From: Methylococcaceae bacterium | GTDB lineage: Bacteria; Pseudomonadota; Gammaproteobacteria; Methylococcales; Methylomonadaceae | Reading direction: 5' to 3' | Assembly: GCA_030699345.1 (NCBI GenBank) | Contig: JAUYMX010000301.1 | Location: forward strand, 1-40,129 | DNA: 40,129 nt | Shown here: one piece after another, positions 1 through 11,800 of the stretch | Layout: every line of letters starts with the position of its first letter | Numbering within the stretch: position 1 is the first letter of the stretch | Notes under the pieces: model-generated | What the model saw: the letters and a program-made list of their open reading frames with translations, nothing else | Databases searched by the model: none | What the model was told of the DNA's origin: nothing | Position numbers and translations under genes: made by a program

Positions 1-336
1 ATTTCGTTTTATCGGGATGATTTTTCTCAAGTCGGCGTGCATCCTAATGTTAAGCCCAGTGCTTTGCCTGCCCATATCGAAGGCCGCGACGTTATTTTGG
101 TGGACGATGTTTTTTATACCGGCAGAACTATCCGTGCTGCATTGAATGAGATTTTTGATTACGGACGCCCCGATCAAGTCGTACTGGCGGTATTAATCGA
201 ACGTGACGGCAGACAAATTCCGCTTTGCCCGGATTGTGTAGGCGAGCGCATTAGCTTAAGTCCAGGACAACGCATTAAACTTACCGGCCCTGAACCACTG
301 GGTATACATGTTCAATCTATCGATGCCGCCGCATAA
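1..336 (+). CDS. pyrR: PyrR, pyrimidine operon regulator / uracil phosphoribosyltransferase (C-terminal part; 5' end lies outside the window)
   Basis: Frame 1 is open from base 1 (ISFYRDDFSQVGV...). It has the PRPP-binding loop VILVDDVFYTGRTIRAAL. It sits 3 nt upstream of pyrB. Confidence 0.85.
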   Translation: MSFYRDDFSQVGVHPNVKPSALPAHIEGRDVILVDDVFYTGRTIRAALNEIFDYGRPDQVVLAVLIERDGRQIPLCPDCVGERISLSPGQRIKLTGPEPLGIHVQSIDAAA

Positions 337-339
337 ATT

Positions 340-1331
340 ATGTCTAGCAATCTGCAATTAAATTCGGAAGGCAAACTTAAGCATTTTTTAACTTTGGAAG
401 GCCTAAGCAAAGAATTATTAACTGAAATTCTCGATACCGCCGAATCGTTTGCGGGCATGTCGGATAGCCAGGTTAAAAAAGTACCGCTGCTGCGCGGAAA
501 AACCATCGTCAACTTGTTTTTTGAAAACAGCACCCGTACTCGCACGACGTTTGAACTGGCCGCGACACGGTTATCTGCCGACGTGCTCAGTATGAACATT
601 GCTACCTCGGCGACGTCTAAAGGCGAGAGCCTGCTCGATACCATCCGCAACCTGGAAGCAATGTTTGTCGATATGTTTGTGGTGCGCCATGCAATCAGCG
701 GCGCCGCACACTTTATTGCCCAGCATACCGCGCCGCATATTAGCGTAATCAATGCCGGTGACGGCCAGCATGCGCATCCCACGCAAGCGATGCTGGATAT
801 GTTTACCATTCGCCAGATCAAGCAGGATTTTTCCACTCTGCGGGTGGCCATTATTGGCGATATTTTGCATTCAAGGGTTGCCCGTTCGCAGATTCAGGCA
901 CTCAACACTTTGGGTGCTGCCGAAGTCCGTGTTATAGCCCCGAAAACCTTGTTGCCGGCCCACGTGGAAAGCCTAGGCGTGACCGTGTCGCATAACTTAA
1001 CCGAAGGCCTAAAGGACATCGATGTCATCATCATGCTGCGCTTACAAAAAGAGCGAATGACCTCAGCGCTGCTGCCCAGTGAAAGTGAGTATTTCAAATG
1101 CTTCGGCCTGACGGAAGACAAGCTCAAAATTGCCAAACCCGATGCCATTGTTATGCATCCAGGCCCTATCAACAGAGGGGTGGAAATCGATTCCAAAGTT
1201 GCCGACGGTCCGCAATCAGTCATTCTCAAGCAAGTTAGTAACGGTATTGCTGTGCGTATGGCGATTATGGCAATGGCCATGCAAACATCAGCGGCTGCTC
1301 CCGGCAGGTCGGCAATAGTAGGGAGTAATTG

Positions 1332-1332
<1 letters not shown>
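340..1332 (+). CDS. pyrB: Aspartate carbamoyltransferase catalytic subunit
   Basis: 330 aa with the ATCase signatures [17 protein letters not shown] and [12 protein letters not shown]. The stop overlaps the next start (TGATG). Confidence 0.95.
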
Positions 1333-3550
<2,218 letters not shown>

Positions 3551-3671
3551 GTATAAATACCTACTACAATCGCCTGAGTTCATCGGCTATTGTGATGGGG
3601 TTAGCATTTTTGCTGCACTTATTCGTTCCCGCTGCTGGATTAAAAAAAAATTAACGAATTAGGGAGCTTAA

Positions 3672-5150
3672 ATGGTCTTGTTTACCAAACCGCAAATAGT
3701 TGTTTTACCTCTTGCAATGCTAATGACCTTGTCTGGTTGTTCTGTAATGCGTAGTTACGATGATGAACTTTCTCAAACATTAAACTTGGTCGGTCAAGGC
3801 CACATTGATCAAGCCATAACACAGCTCGAATCCAATAATACCGGGGCGGATAAAGACCTGCTGTATTACATGGAAAAAAGTGAATTGTTACGTCTCAATA
3901 AGCAATATAAAGACAGTATTAGCACGTCGCTACTAGCCGATCATTTGGTCGACGAATGGGAAAATGAAGCCAAGATTCGTCTTGGTGCGGTGGCAGAAAC
4001 AGCAGGGGCCGTGTTATTAAATGACAAAACGCGTCGATATGATGGTCATGATTACGAAAAAGTAATGCTGTCCACCCGGCTTGCTTTAAGTCACATTCTT
4101 AGCGGTGATTGGGATTCGGCCAGAACCGAGATTAAGAAAACCCACGAACGCGAAGCAATTATTGCCGAAGTCAGGGCTAAAGAAACTGAAGCAGTAGAAA
4201 AAGAAAGTAAAGAAAAAGGCATTACAACCACCTTCAAAGATCTAAATGGTTACCCGGTTGAGACCTTAAACGCCCCGGAAGTAACGGCGTTAAAAAACGG
4301 TTATCAAAGTGCGTTTAGTCATTATTTGGCCGGTTTTGTTTATGAAACCCTCAACGAGCCGGGCTTGGCCGCGCCAGGTTATCGGCAAGCCGCCGAATTG
4401 CAGCCCAATTTAAAAATTCTCGAAGATGGCTTAGCGGGCTTGGAAACTCGGCCGAGCTTGTTAAAACAAGGCGAAACCGATGTGCTTTTTGTGGTCGAAT
4501 CCGGCAGCGCGCCGGCACTCAAATCGATCATGATCCCCGTGCCTGTCATCGTGAGTAACCTGGGGGTGATTCCTATTTCTTTCCCGATACTTCGCACTGA
4601 CCCAACTCACACAACTGCACCCAATATGGTAACGATTGATGGCAGCAATAACTTGCCGCTGGCTACCATTACCAGTTTGGATACCATGTCTAAAAGAGCG
4701 CTAAAAGATGACATGCCAGGCATTATTGTTAGAGGCATTGTGCGCGCGGCAATCAAAACCACCTCACAAAAAGTCTTAATGGATCAGGGCGGTGCAGCAG
4801 CCATAGCCGGTATTGCGTTAAACGTAGCTAACGTTGTAACCGAATCTGCCGATGAGCGTACCTGGCGCACGTTACCCGCGAATATCAGCGCCGCCAGAGC
4901 AATCATTCCATCGGGTTCGCATGAAATAGTGCTGCCGGGGACATCAACTAAGCAAACCATCGATATTAAAGGTTCTCATGCCTTAGTGGTTGCTAGGCAA
5001 GTCGGTAATCAACTTTATTGGTCGCAACCAATTTATGGCAATAAATTGCCGGGCTATGCGCAAGTCAGTATCAACAAATCGCCAGACGTTGCCGATCAGA
5101 TAGTGAAGAAAAAAGCCGGTAAAAAGAAAAAATCCAGTAAGAAGAAGTAA
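3672..5150 (+). CDS. Large lipoprotein of unknown function with a lysine-rich C-terminal tail
   Basis: AGGGAG RBS 8 nt upstream. Signal peptide plus lipobox (MTLSGC). The 492-aa protein ends in KKKAGKKKKSSKKK. First gene of a tightly spaced four-gene exported-protein cluster. Confidence 0.6.
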   Translation: MVLFTKPQIVVLPLAMLMTLSGCSVMRSYDDELSQTLNLVGQGHIDQAITQLESNNTGADKDLLYYMEKSELLRLNKQYKDSISTSLLADHLVDEWENEAKIRLGAVAETAGAVLLNDKTRRYDGHDYEKVMLSTRLALSHILSGDWDSARTEIKKTHEREAIIAEVRAKETEAVEKESKEKGITTTFKDLNGYPVETLNAPEVTALKNGYQSAFSHYLAGFVYETLNEPGLAAPGYRQAAELQPNLKILEDGLAGLETRPSLLKQGETDVLFVVESGSAPALKSIMIPVPVIVSNLGVIPISFPILRTDPTHTTAPNMVTIDGSNNLPLATITSLDTMSKRALKDDMPGIIVRGIVRAAIKTTSQKVLMDQGGAAAIAGIALNVANVVTESADERTWRTLPANISAARAIIPSGSHEIVLPGTSTKQTIDIKGSHALVVARQVGNQLYWSQPIYGNKLPGYAQVSINKSPDVADQIVKKKAGKKKKSSKKK

Positions 5151-5187
5151 CTCGTAATCAACCAAAAACCTTAATAAGGATAAATTG

Positions 5188-5595
5188 ATGAAGACCTTTA
5201 ACAAAGCGTTACTCACAGGGATGCTAACCAGTGCCTGTCTATTAACCGCGTGTACCAACCATGCACCGCCGCCACAACCGGGCAGTATCAATTCCAAACT
5301 CGAACAACTGGGGGAAATGTCTTATCTCCAGGTGAGCGATTTAAAAGCAGTCAAAAGAAATCATCTGTTATTCGTTCAAGCTGAAATCACCAATACAGAT
5401 GATGATAATCAGCAACTTTTCTATCGCTTTAAATGGGTCGATGCCAGCGGTTTTGCTTTAGGTGAGGAAGCTTGGAAGCCTTTAGTGCTATACGCTTATC
5501 AAAAACAAACGCTGTCAGCTGTTGCACCATCACCGCAAGCAACCGATTTTAAGTTGGAGGTAAACAGTACCGACAACACCGGTGATCGTCCTTAA
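5188..5595 (+). CDS. ycfL: YcfL-like (DUF1425) small lipoprotein
   Basis: Lipobox LLTAC and AAGGA RBS. The core FYRFKWVDASGFAL resembles E. coli YcfL (YRFYWYDARGLEM). It lies immediately upstream of an LpoB-like gene, as in E. coli. The ATG at 5188 is preferred over the TTG at 5185. Confidence 0.6.
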   Translation: MKTFNKALLTGMLTSACLLTACTNHAPPPQPGSINSKLEQLGEMSYLQVSDLKAVKRNHLLFVQAEITNTDDDNQQLFYRFKWVDASGFALGEEAWKPLVLYAYQKQTLSAVAPSPQATDFKLEVNSTDNTGDRP

Positions 5596-5624
5596 CCACA
5601 AATTCAATTTACCGAGACTAACCA

Positions 5625-6245
5625 ATGAATCAATCCAAACATCTGCATGTAAATCTGGCTATTACCCTGGCGCTGTCGGTTGCGCTTACCGGTTGTGCCA
5701 CCAAGTCGCCTAACTTAAGTTCCGGCAACGTTGAATACGGTGACAGTAAAACCGTTGAGACTTTAACCAATGAATTTGGCTCAACTGATTTGCAATCAAT
5801 CGCCGAATCAATGTCCAGTTCGTTATTACAATCGCCCGTGCTGGCGGCAAAATCCCGCCCTTTAGTCACCGTGGCTGAAGTAAAAAACAGAACCAGCGAA
5901 TACATTGATACCAAGTCTATTACCGATTCTATTCGTACCAGAATACTCAAAAGCGGCTTGGTACGTTTTGCGGTGGACACCAGCGGGATGCAAACACAAG
6001 TTGATGAGATAACTCGTCAAAACCAAGGCAATCTATACAAAAAAAGCAAATCCAAAAAAATAGGCCAAATGGAAGGTGCGGATTTTCGTATTGAAGGCAC
6101 CATCACCTCCATTGTTAAACGTGCTGATGATGTTAAAGACGTGTATTACAAATTCAGCTTACAGCTAATTGACAACGAATCTGGCGTGATGGAATGGGCA
6201 GACGAGAAAGAAATTAGAAAAACATCCAATAAGTCATTGTATTAA
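5625..6245 (+). CDS. lpoB: LpoB-like (COG3417) outer-membrane lipoprotein, putative PBP activator family
   Basis: Lipobox LTGC. The C-terminal domain pattern (VAEVKNRTSEYIDTKSITDSIRTRILKSG ... FRIEGTITSI ... FSLQLIDNESGVMEW) follows the LpoB fold family. Synteny with the ycfL-like gene supports the call. Confidence 0.55.
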   Translation: MNQSKHLHVNLAITLALSVALTGCATKSPNLSSGNVEYGDSKTVETLTNEFGSTDLQSIAESMSSSLLQSPVLAAKSRPLVTVAEVKNRTSEYIDTKSITDSIRTRILKSGLVRFAVDTSGMQTQVDEITRQNQGNLYKKSKSKKIGQMEGADFRIEGTITSIVKRADDVKDVYYKFSLQLIDNESGVMEWADEKEIRKTSNKSLY

Positions 6246-6256
6246 CGGTGAAAATA

Positions 6257-7063
6257 ATGAAATCGTTAAGTTTTTTATGGGTGTTGCCGCTGTTAATGAT
6301 TGGTAACGCTGAGGCCGCTAAAATTGCCGTTACCGACCTGACCTATTCGGAAAGAGTCAGCGGTTATTTTCATGTCGTTGACTATCACAACAAGTCTTCT
6401 GCCCGTGCTAGTCAGAGCGATCGTGAAAATAACTATTCAAGCTCCAGTCGCTATTCCGAGAGTGGACGTTCTCAAACCGATTACACCGAAGTTGAAAGTA
6501 GTTATAGCTATATAGAATATGGCGAGTTACGCAAGTTTGTGGGTGATATTAAAGGCGAAATCCTTAAAACCAGCGGTTTTCAACTAACTCAAGCCAAACC
6601 ATATACCAGCAAAGGCAGTGAAAAAATCTTCGATATTATTGCCCGTATCAAAAAAGGCTACTATTCCAACGCCGACTACGTACTTTTTGGCACCGTCACC
6701 GAGCTTGAATTTAGAGATGAATTGAACCCAATTATCGGCACAAATACCTCGTCAAACACCTTTAGTCTAATGTTGGTTGCTGAGTTTAGCCTGATCAACA
6801 CGCGCACTTTTGAAGTAAAAGCTGCATTTAGTGCAACTGGCGAAGGTGAAGATGCGCGGATGGCTTCAGCAGGTAGTCGGGTAGTTCCTAGCCGAGGAAA
6901 AGTCATTTCAGCCGTGTCGAAAAGCTTAGGCGAAGATGTGGCTCGGCAAATGAATGAACAGCTGGGCAATTACACTGATAGTGGCGAACGTGCTGAACGC
7001 GGTGCGCCCGCGCCACCAGCAGGCTTGCCTAACGAAGGGCCGGTGACTCGCTTTACTCCGTAA
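6257..7063 (+). CDS. Secreted protein of unknown function (weak LpoB/CsgG-like core)
   Basis: Signal peptide MKSLSFLWVLPLLMIGNAEA-AK. Contains a Ser/Tyr-rich low-complexity stretch. The motif ADYVLFGTVTELEF resembles the CsgG/LpoB-type fold. It starts 12 nt after the preceding stop. Confidence 0.45.
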   Translation: MKSLSFLWVLPLLMIGNAEAAKIAVTDLTYSERVSGYFHVVDYHNKSSARASQSDRENNYSSSSRYSESGRSQTDYTEVESSYSYIEYGELRKFVGDIKGEILKTSGFQLTQAKPYTSKGSEKIFDIIARIKKGYYSNADYVLFGTVTELEFRDELNPIIGTNTSSNTFSLMLVAEFSLINTRTFEVKAAFSATGEGEDARMASAGSRVVPSRGKVISAVSKSLGEDVARQMNEQLGNYTDSGERAERGAPAPPAGLPNEGPVTRFTP

Positions 7064-7083
7064 CACCAACGCTACAACCAAAA

Positions 7084-7124
7084 ACGCCAAACCCAGTACA
7101 TCGGGTTTGGCGTTTTTGTTTTTA
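7084..7124. terminator. Rho-independent terminator between convergent genes
   Basis: Perfect 10-bp stem CGCCAAACCC / GGGTTTGGCG with an 8-nt loop, followed by TTTTTGTTTTT and preceded by AAAAA, so it could work in both directions. Confidence 0.8.
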
Positions 7125-7165
7125 AAATTGTAGGTGGATTGTGCAATAGCAGTAGTAACGGCAAA

Positions 7166-7645
7166 TTAATCTGCGCAATTAAATTCCCCGACCAAACAAT
7201 ACTTCTTACTTAAATACTGACGCAGCCACCCGTTGGTATCGTCTTGTCGGTCATCCAGCGCTTCGGGTATTTGCTGTAAGCGTTGGCGAACAGCATGGTG
7301 CGGCATTAACAACAACTCTATATCAACCATCGCCACGAATTTGTCTGGGTTTGTGCTCTTGCCGTTAAAAATTTTAAACAGCTGATGTTTCTTTAAACCA
7401 AGATGAATATTGAGCTCTTCCCGGAACTCAAGAAACAGCGGCAGCAAGTCACTGCCGGTATATGATTCATCATGCAGTTTATCTAGTCGGCTCAATAAAT
7501 GGCAGATCGCAAACCGGTACAGTTCCGACTCGCGAACGAACAGCCGAACCGCAGTTGAACGCACCGCGAACCGGTCTGCATTATTTAACCGCATAGAAAC
7601 GATATGTTTCTTGTCGTTTTTTAAATTGTCATCATCTTCGATCAA
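7166..7645 (-). CDS. Hypothetical protein, possibly with an N-terminal ribbon-helix-helix-like DNA-binding region
   Basis: The only convincing minus-strand ORF (159 aa). It converges on the terminator at 7084-7124. The segment IVSMRLNNADRFAVRSTAVRLFVRESELYRFAI has a beta-alpha-alpha pattern like CopG/RHH proteins. The function is a guess. Confidence 0.4.
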   Translation of the reverse strand: MIEDDDNLKNDKKHIVSMRLNNADRFAVRSTAVRLFVRESELYRFAICHLLSRLDKLHDESYTGSDLLPLFLEFREELNIHLGLKKHQLFKIFNGKSTNPDKFVAMVDIELLLMPHHAVRQRLQQIPEALDDRQDDTNGWLRQYLSKKYCLVGEFNCAD

Positions 7646-7981
7646 GGCTTAATTCCTGGCGCACTTGAGTAGTGCAAAAAATCAGGTTATTTAACCCGGT
7701 AATTAGGTCTATCAAGAATAAAGCATCAATGTTACAGCTATATAACAGCCACTTGATCAGGTGAAATTATCTGTAGATTGAGTTTTAACCGTTAGTTACT
7801 TGAGCGTAGAGATGATCAATAAAGCAGTCATGCTTTTGTCGCATAGTCATCGCATGATGAAGTTTGAGGAGTTATACCAATCCCAATAAATTCATATTTT
7901 ATTGTTTCTTAGATTGTTGAAGGCTAGCTCAACGTTAAGGATTAACCATTCGCCTGTCCTTAGATCACCCTTGTGGTGAAG

Positions 7982-8244
7982 CCTGTCGAAGGGTGAATTG
8001 TTAATCCGTTCATGGTTCGACAAGCTCTCAAGAAACAGCTTTTTTATGCTTATAAAATCAACTATTTACAAGCGGGCAATAAAATTAAAAATCGCCTCAA
8101 ACAGCGTCTGTTTCTTGGCAACACCATGCCGCCGAAAGGGGGCTTGCTTTGCTCACCACGAACGGAACTCCTTGATTTTTAAGACACCGTTCGCATTTAT
8201 GCCCTGTGGATGCTGAGTTTATCGACGTGCAGGGTTTTTCGAGG
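7982..8244 (-). mobile_element. MITE-like element, copy B (same family as 20504-20609, opposite orientation), carrying a nested insertion
   Basis: The stretches CCGTTCATGGTTCGACAAGCTC, ACCACGAACGGAACT, AAGACACCGTTCGCA and CTGAGTTTATCGAcGTGCAGGGTTTTTCGAGG are collinear with the reverse complement of 20504-20609. The left end has diverged, so that boundary is approximate. Confidence 0.55.
8025..8165 (+). repeat. 141-bp direct repeat, copy 1
   Basis: Near-identical to 8323-8463, differing by a few substitutions and single-base indels. It contains an internal 10-bp inverted repeat (CAAGAAACAG ... CTGTTTCTTG) around an AT-rich core. Confidence 0.85.
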
Positions 8245-8274
8245 TGCCCTATTTTGACGACTAGGCAAGACCTG

Positions 8275-8319
8275 GTAGGTGCGGATTTATCCGCATAGTG
8301 CGAATGAATTCGCACCTAC
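8275..8319. repeat. REP-like palindrome pair (GTAGGTGCGGAT...ATCCGCA / TGCGAAT...ATTCGCACCTAC)
   Basis: Two small hairpins enclosed by a GTAGGTGC / GCACCTAC outer inverted repeat. The same family recurs at 21440, 24600 and 37144. Confidence 0.8.
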
Positions 8320-8322
8320 AGC

Positions 8323-8463
8323 CTCTCAAGAAACAGTTTTTTTATGCTTATAAAATCAACTATTTACAAGCGGGCAATAAAATTAAAAATCGCCTCAATC
8401 AGCGTCTGTTTCTTGGTAACGCCATGCCGCCGAAAAGGGGCTTACTTTGCTCACCACGAACGG
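8323..8463 (+). repeat. 141-bp direct repeat, copy 2
   Basis: Offset 298 bp from copy 1 and reads the same from CTCTCAAGAAACAG to GCTCACCACGAACGG. Confidence 0.85.
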
Positions 8464-8861
8464 CTTAACTTAATAGGATTTAATTAAAAACTTATTGGGA
8501 TTGGTATTATTACGTCAATGCAACGCACGCGCCTAAAAGGGGAGGGTCGAATTCACAAATCTTTGCCGCTAAGACTTTATTGTAAATAGTCCGGAATTTC
8601 TCCTGTCATGAAGTAGTTGAGCTATCCGCGATATGATTTTTATGATTGAAAGATGACCGTTACGTCAGCCTATGCCGGTGTTCGAAAAAACTTGACCACT
8701 GCTGGCTTAGTTTTTAATTTCTCTGCTCGCCGGTGTGAGTACTCAGCAGTTAGGTACGAAATTAAAGCATTCGATTTGCCGCTTAAATGCCGCTCTTTCA
8801 GGGAGGACGGAGACCAAACCAGCCCAACCCAGCCCAAACCAAATTTATGGATAGTCGATTT

Positions 8862-11800
8862 ATGAGAATCGTTCCACGTAAAAATGTTTTTAGCGTTTTA
8901 TTGACCTTAGTATTTTTACTAATCCTTACGGGTTGCAAGGAAGAGACGAAAACAGCTGCGCCGCCTGCGGTTTACCTGTTAAACCACCAGCATTGGACCC
9001 CAGCGCTGGTCCTGAATTTTACGGATGCACTGGCGCCGCCGGATGACAACAGACAAGCTTTGTTAGACGCAACGCCGCAACTTGAACCCGCCATAGAAGG
9101 CGAATGGCACTGGCAAGATCCTTCCCGACTGGTGTTTTTGCCTGCCAATAAAACCTTACAACCCGATACCACGCTAAAAATATCGCTGGATAAAGTAAAG
9201 CTCTATCCCGGCTACCGCCTCAGTCAGAAAAACCTGACGTTCCACACCCCGCCAATGCAAATCACACGGCAAGAGTGTCGATGGCAAGACAGTGACGATG
9301 CGCCCTTGCGCCGCGCGTTGGAATTGTTGGTGGAATTTAACTACCCGCTGGTTAATCCCTCTTTTACCGCGGCGTTAGACAATGGTACTGAGATTGGCAT
9401 TAATACTAATCAAGGCACGCTGATTACCGCCAGCACCGATTTTTTAGTACGCCCCAGCCAAGATTCGAAAATAATCGCCAAACTCCATTCGGGCAGCGTC
9501 CAGTTACAAACGCGTGATCAGAGTGTTATCAATGCCAAGCTGGCAACAGGTGCCGACTGTGAGCTGGCGATGGTGCGCGGCGATTGGGATAAGCCGGAAG
9601 CCAACACCCAGCCTACCGTAAACGGCATTGAAATCAGCATGGATGATGGCAAGCTCAACGTTCGTCTCACTGGCGAAGCGTTAACCGAATCAGCAAAAAA
9701 AACTGGTGCCGGTCAGGTAGTCACCAATGGCGCCAAAATTAGCCCTGAGCTCGAAGGCAGTTGGAAGGTGGGCGAGTCAGCGGAAGGCCCGGATTTGATT
9801 TTTACACCGAAATCCCCAGATGCATTTAAACCCGGCTCGCCTTATGAAGTCACGGTCGCCGCGAGCGTTTTCCCGACATTGATTTTCAACAAACCAGACT
9901 ATAGCGCCAGCCTCACAACCCTGGATATGTCGGCTGCTATCAACTCCATTCAGCTCTACAGCGACCCGGTTGATCCCAAAATAAAACGCGCTACAGCCAC
10001 GTTAATTTTCAGTTATCCGCCATCAAGAGACAGTCTTGCAGCTAAAACATCGGCATGGTCGCGGTTGCTGCCTGCCAAATCCTTTCAAGATGCGGTGGCT
10101 TATGAAATAAGCTACGACGACAAAAACCCCCGCTTGGCTTATCTCAAAACCGTACCGTTAAAAATTGCCGACAAACCCAGCGAAATCAAGATTGCACTCG
10201 ACAATGGAATTACCGCCGCCTCAGGAGGCAAACCGGCCCAAGGAAGTTCGCGCACCCTTGCTATTCCCGGTGCGCTTGACTATCTGCAGGTCACCGAACT
10301 CGACGTAAATAGCGTTATTAAAGAAGACGACAGCATAGAACGCCTGATTATGCTGCAAACCAATGTGGCGCTTAAGGAGCCTGCCGGTTTGGAAAAAGCC
10401 GTCGAGGTTTATTTACTGCCGGATTGTCAGATTAAAAATCCCGCCAGACCGGCGCTATGCGCGCAAAAAGATGTTACCGAATGGCAAAGCGCCAATCAGG
10501 TAGATGCTGAGGTAATCAAACTATCGACAGCCGTGCCTGTTAAATGGCGAGATTCCGGCAGCGAAGATAAAACAATTCAGCACCTGACGTTTGCCGCGCC
10601 CGAAAATCAACAATTGTTTATCAAGGTCAACAAAGGCATTGCAAGCATCGACGGTTTTTATTTGAGCAAAGACGCCCGCTATCTTAAGGAGCTGGGTGCC
10701 AACAAACGCGAACTGAAAATACTCCACGAAGGTGCGCTGCTGAGTTTAAGCGGTAACAAAAAACTCGGCGTGACTGCACGCGGCATCGATAACATTCATG
10801 TCGAATTACAACGCGTGTTGCCGCATAACATGCAGCACATTGTGCAATTTACGTCCGGCAGTTTTCAAAACCCAAGATTCAAGTTGCCTATCGAACATTT
10901 CGCCGAAAAATTCGAATACGACGAAACCTTGCCGCCCGGCAAAACCATGGAGCGCAATTACCTGACGGTAGATTTCGGTAAATTTACCCGCGACAAAGGC
11001 TTTCCGCCACGCGGGCTATTTATCCTCTCGGTAGCGGAGAAAAAACCGGATACGTGTAAAGACAAAGATACAGCAGACACGACTGCCAGTGCAGATACCC
11101 AAACTTCTGACGAGCATGCAGATGAAACCGCTTGTGTCGATAACAGCGACGACAGCGAAACATCCGGCGTTACCCAGGATAAACGCTTGGTACTGCTCAC
11201 CGACATGGGCTTGGTCGTCAAAACCAGCACCAATGGTCAACAAGATATATTTGTGATGTCTTTCCGTACCGGCTTACCGGTTAGCGATGTGCAAATTTCC
11301 CTGCTGGGTAAAAACGGCGTGGCGCTTTTTTCTGGCAAAACTGACCGCCAAGGCAAAATCAGCTTCCCGACCACCGAAGGCCTGACGGCGGAAAAAACGC
11401 CTACCGTTTATTTGGCGGAAAAAGACGGCGACCTGTCTTTTCTGCCCTATAACCGCGACAACCGGCAATTGGATATTTCCCGTTTTGACATAGACGGGCT
11501 GCGAGACAATGCCGACAGCCTGCAAGCTTATTTGTTTTCCGACCGCGGCATTTACCGGCCCGGCGACTTAGTGCATGTCGGCGTCATCCTGCGTAAACGC
11601 GACTGGTCGGCATTACCCTCCGGCTTACCGTTAAAAGCCATCATTACCGATCCTGAAAACCAGGAAGTCTGGAGCCGCACCTTGGCTTTTGGTGCCGAAG
11701 GTTTTGAAGAAATAAACTGGCTCAGCCCTGACGGCGGCAAAACCGGCAGCTACCGGATTGAGCTGATTATTAACGACAAAAATAAAAAGTCGTTAGGCAG

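Larger units (their letters stand above)
7874..8507. mobile_element. 634-bp non-coding composite segment bounded by perfect 16-bp inverted repeats
   Basis: ATACCAATCCCAATAA at 7874-7889 and its exact reverse complement TTATTGGGATTGGTAT at 8492-8507. The interior holds only nested repeats and no credible ORF. Confidence 0.5.

Noticed and set aside
7998-8315. ORFs 7998-8216 (+) and 8097-8315 (-), 72 aa each
   Set aside because: Both lie entirely within MITE/REP/direct-repeat sequence and overlap each other on opposite strands. Neither has an RBS or any recognisable protein features. They are translation artefacts of repeats.
8025-8463. Two 141-bp direct repeats as a possible CRISPR array or tandem gene duplication
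   Set aside because: There are only two copies, the units are far too long, and the 157-bp interval is made of other known repeats (a MITE half and a REP pair). No cas genes are present.
8653-8865. The 70-aa ORF and the long N-terminal extension (start at 8787) of the macroglobulin ORF
   Set aside because: The extension (MPLFQGGRRPNQPNPAQTKF...) is low-complexity and precedes a perfectly good start, signal peptide and lipobox at 8862. The 70-aa ORF overlaps it with no supporting features.
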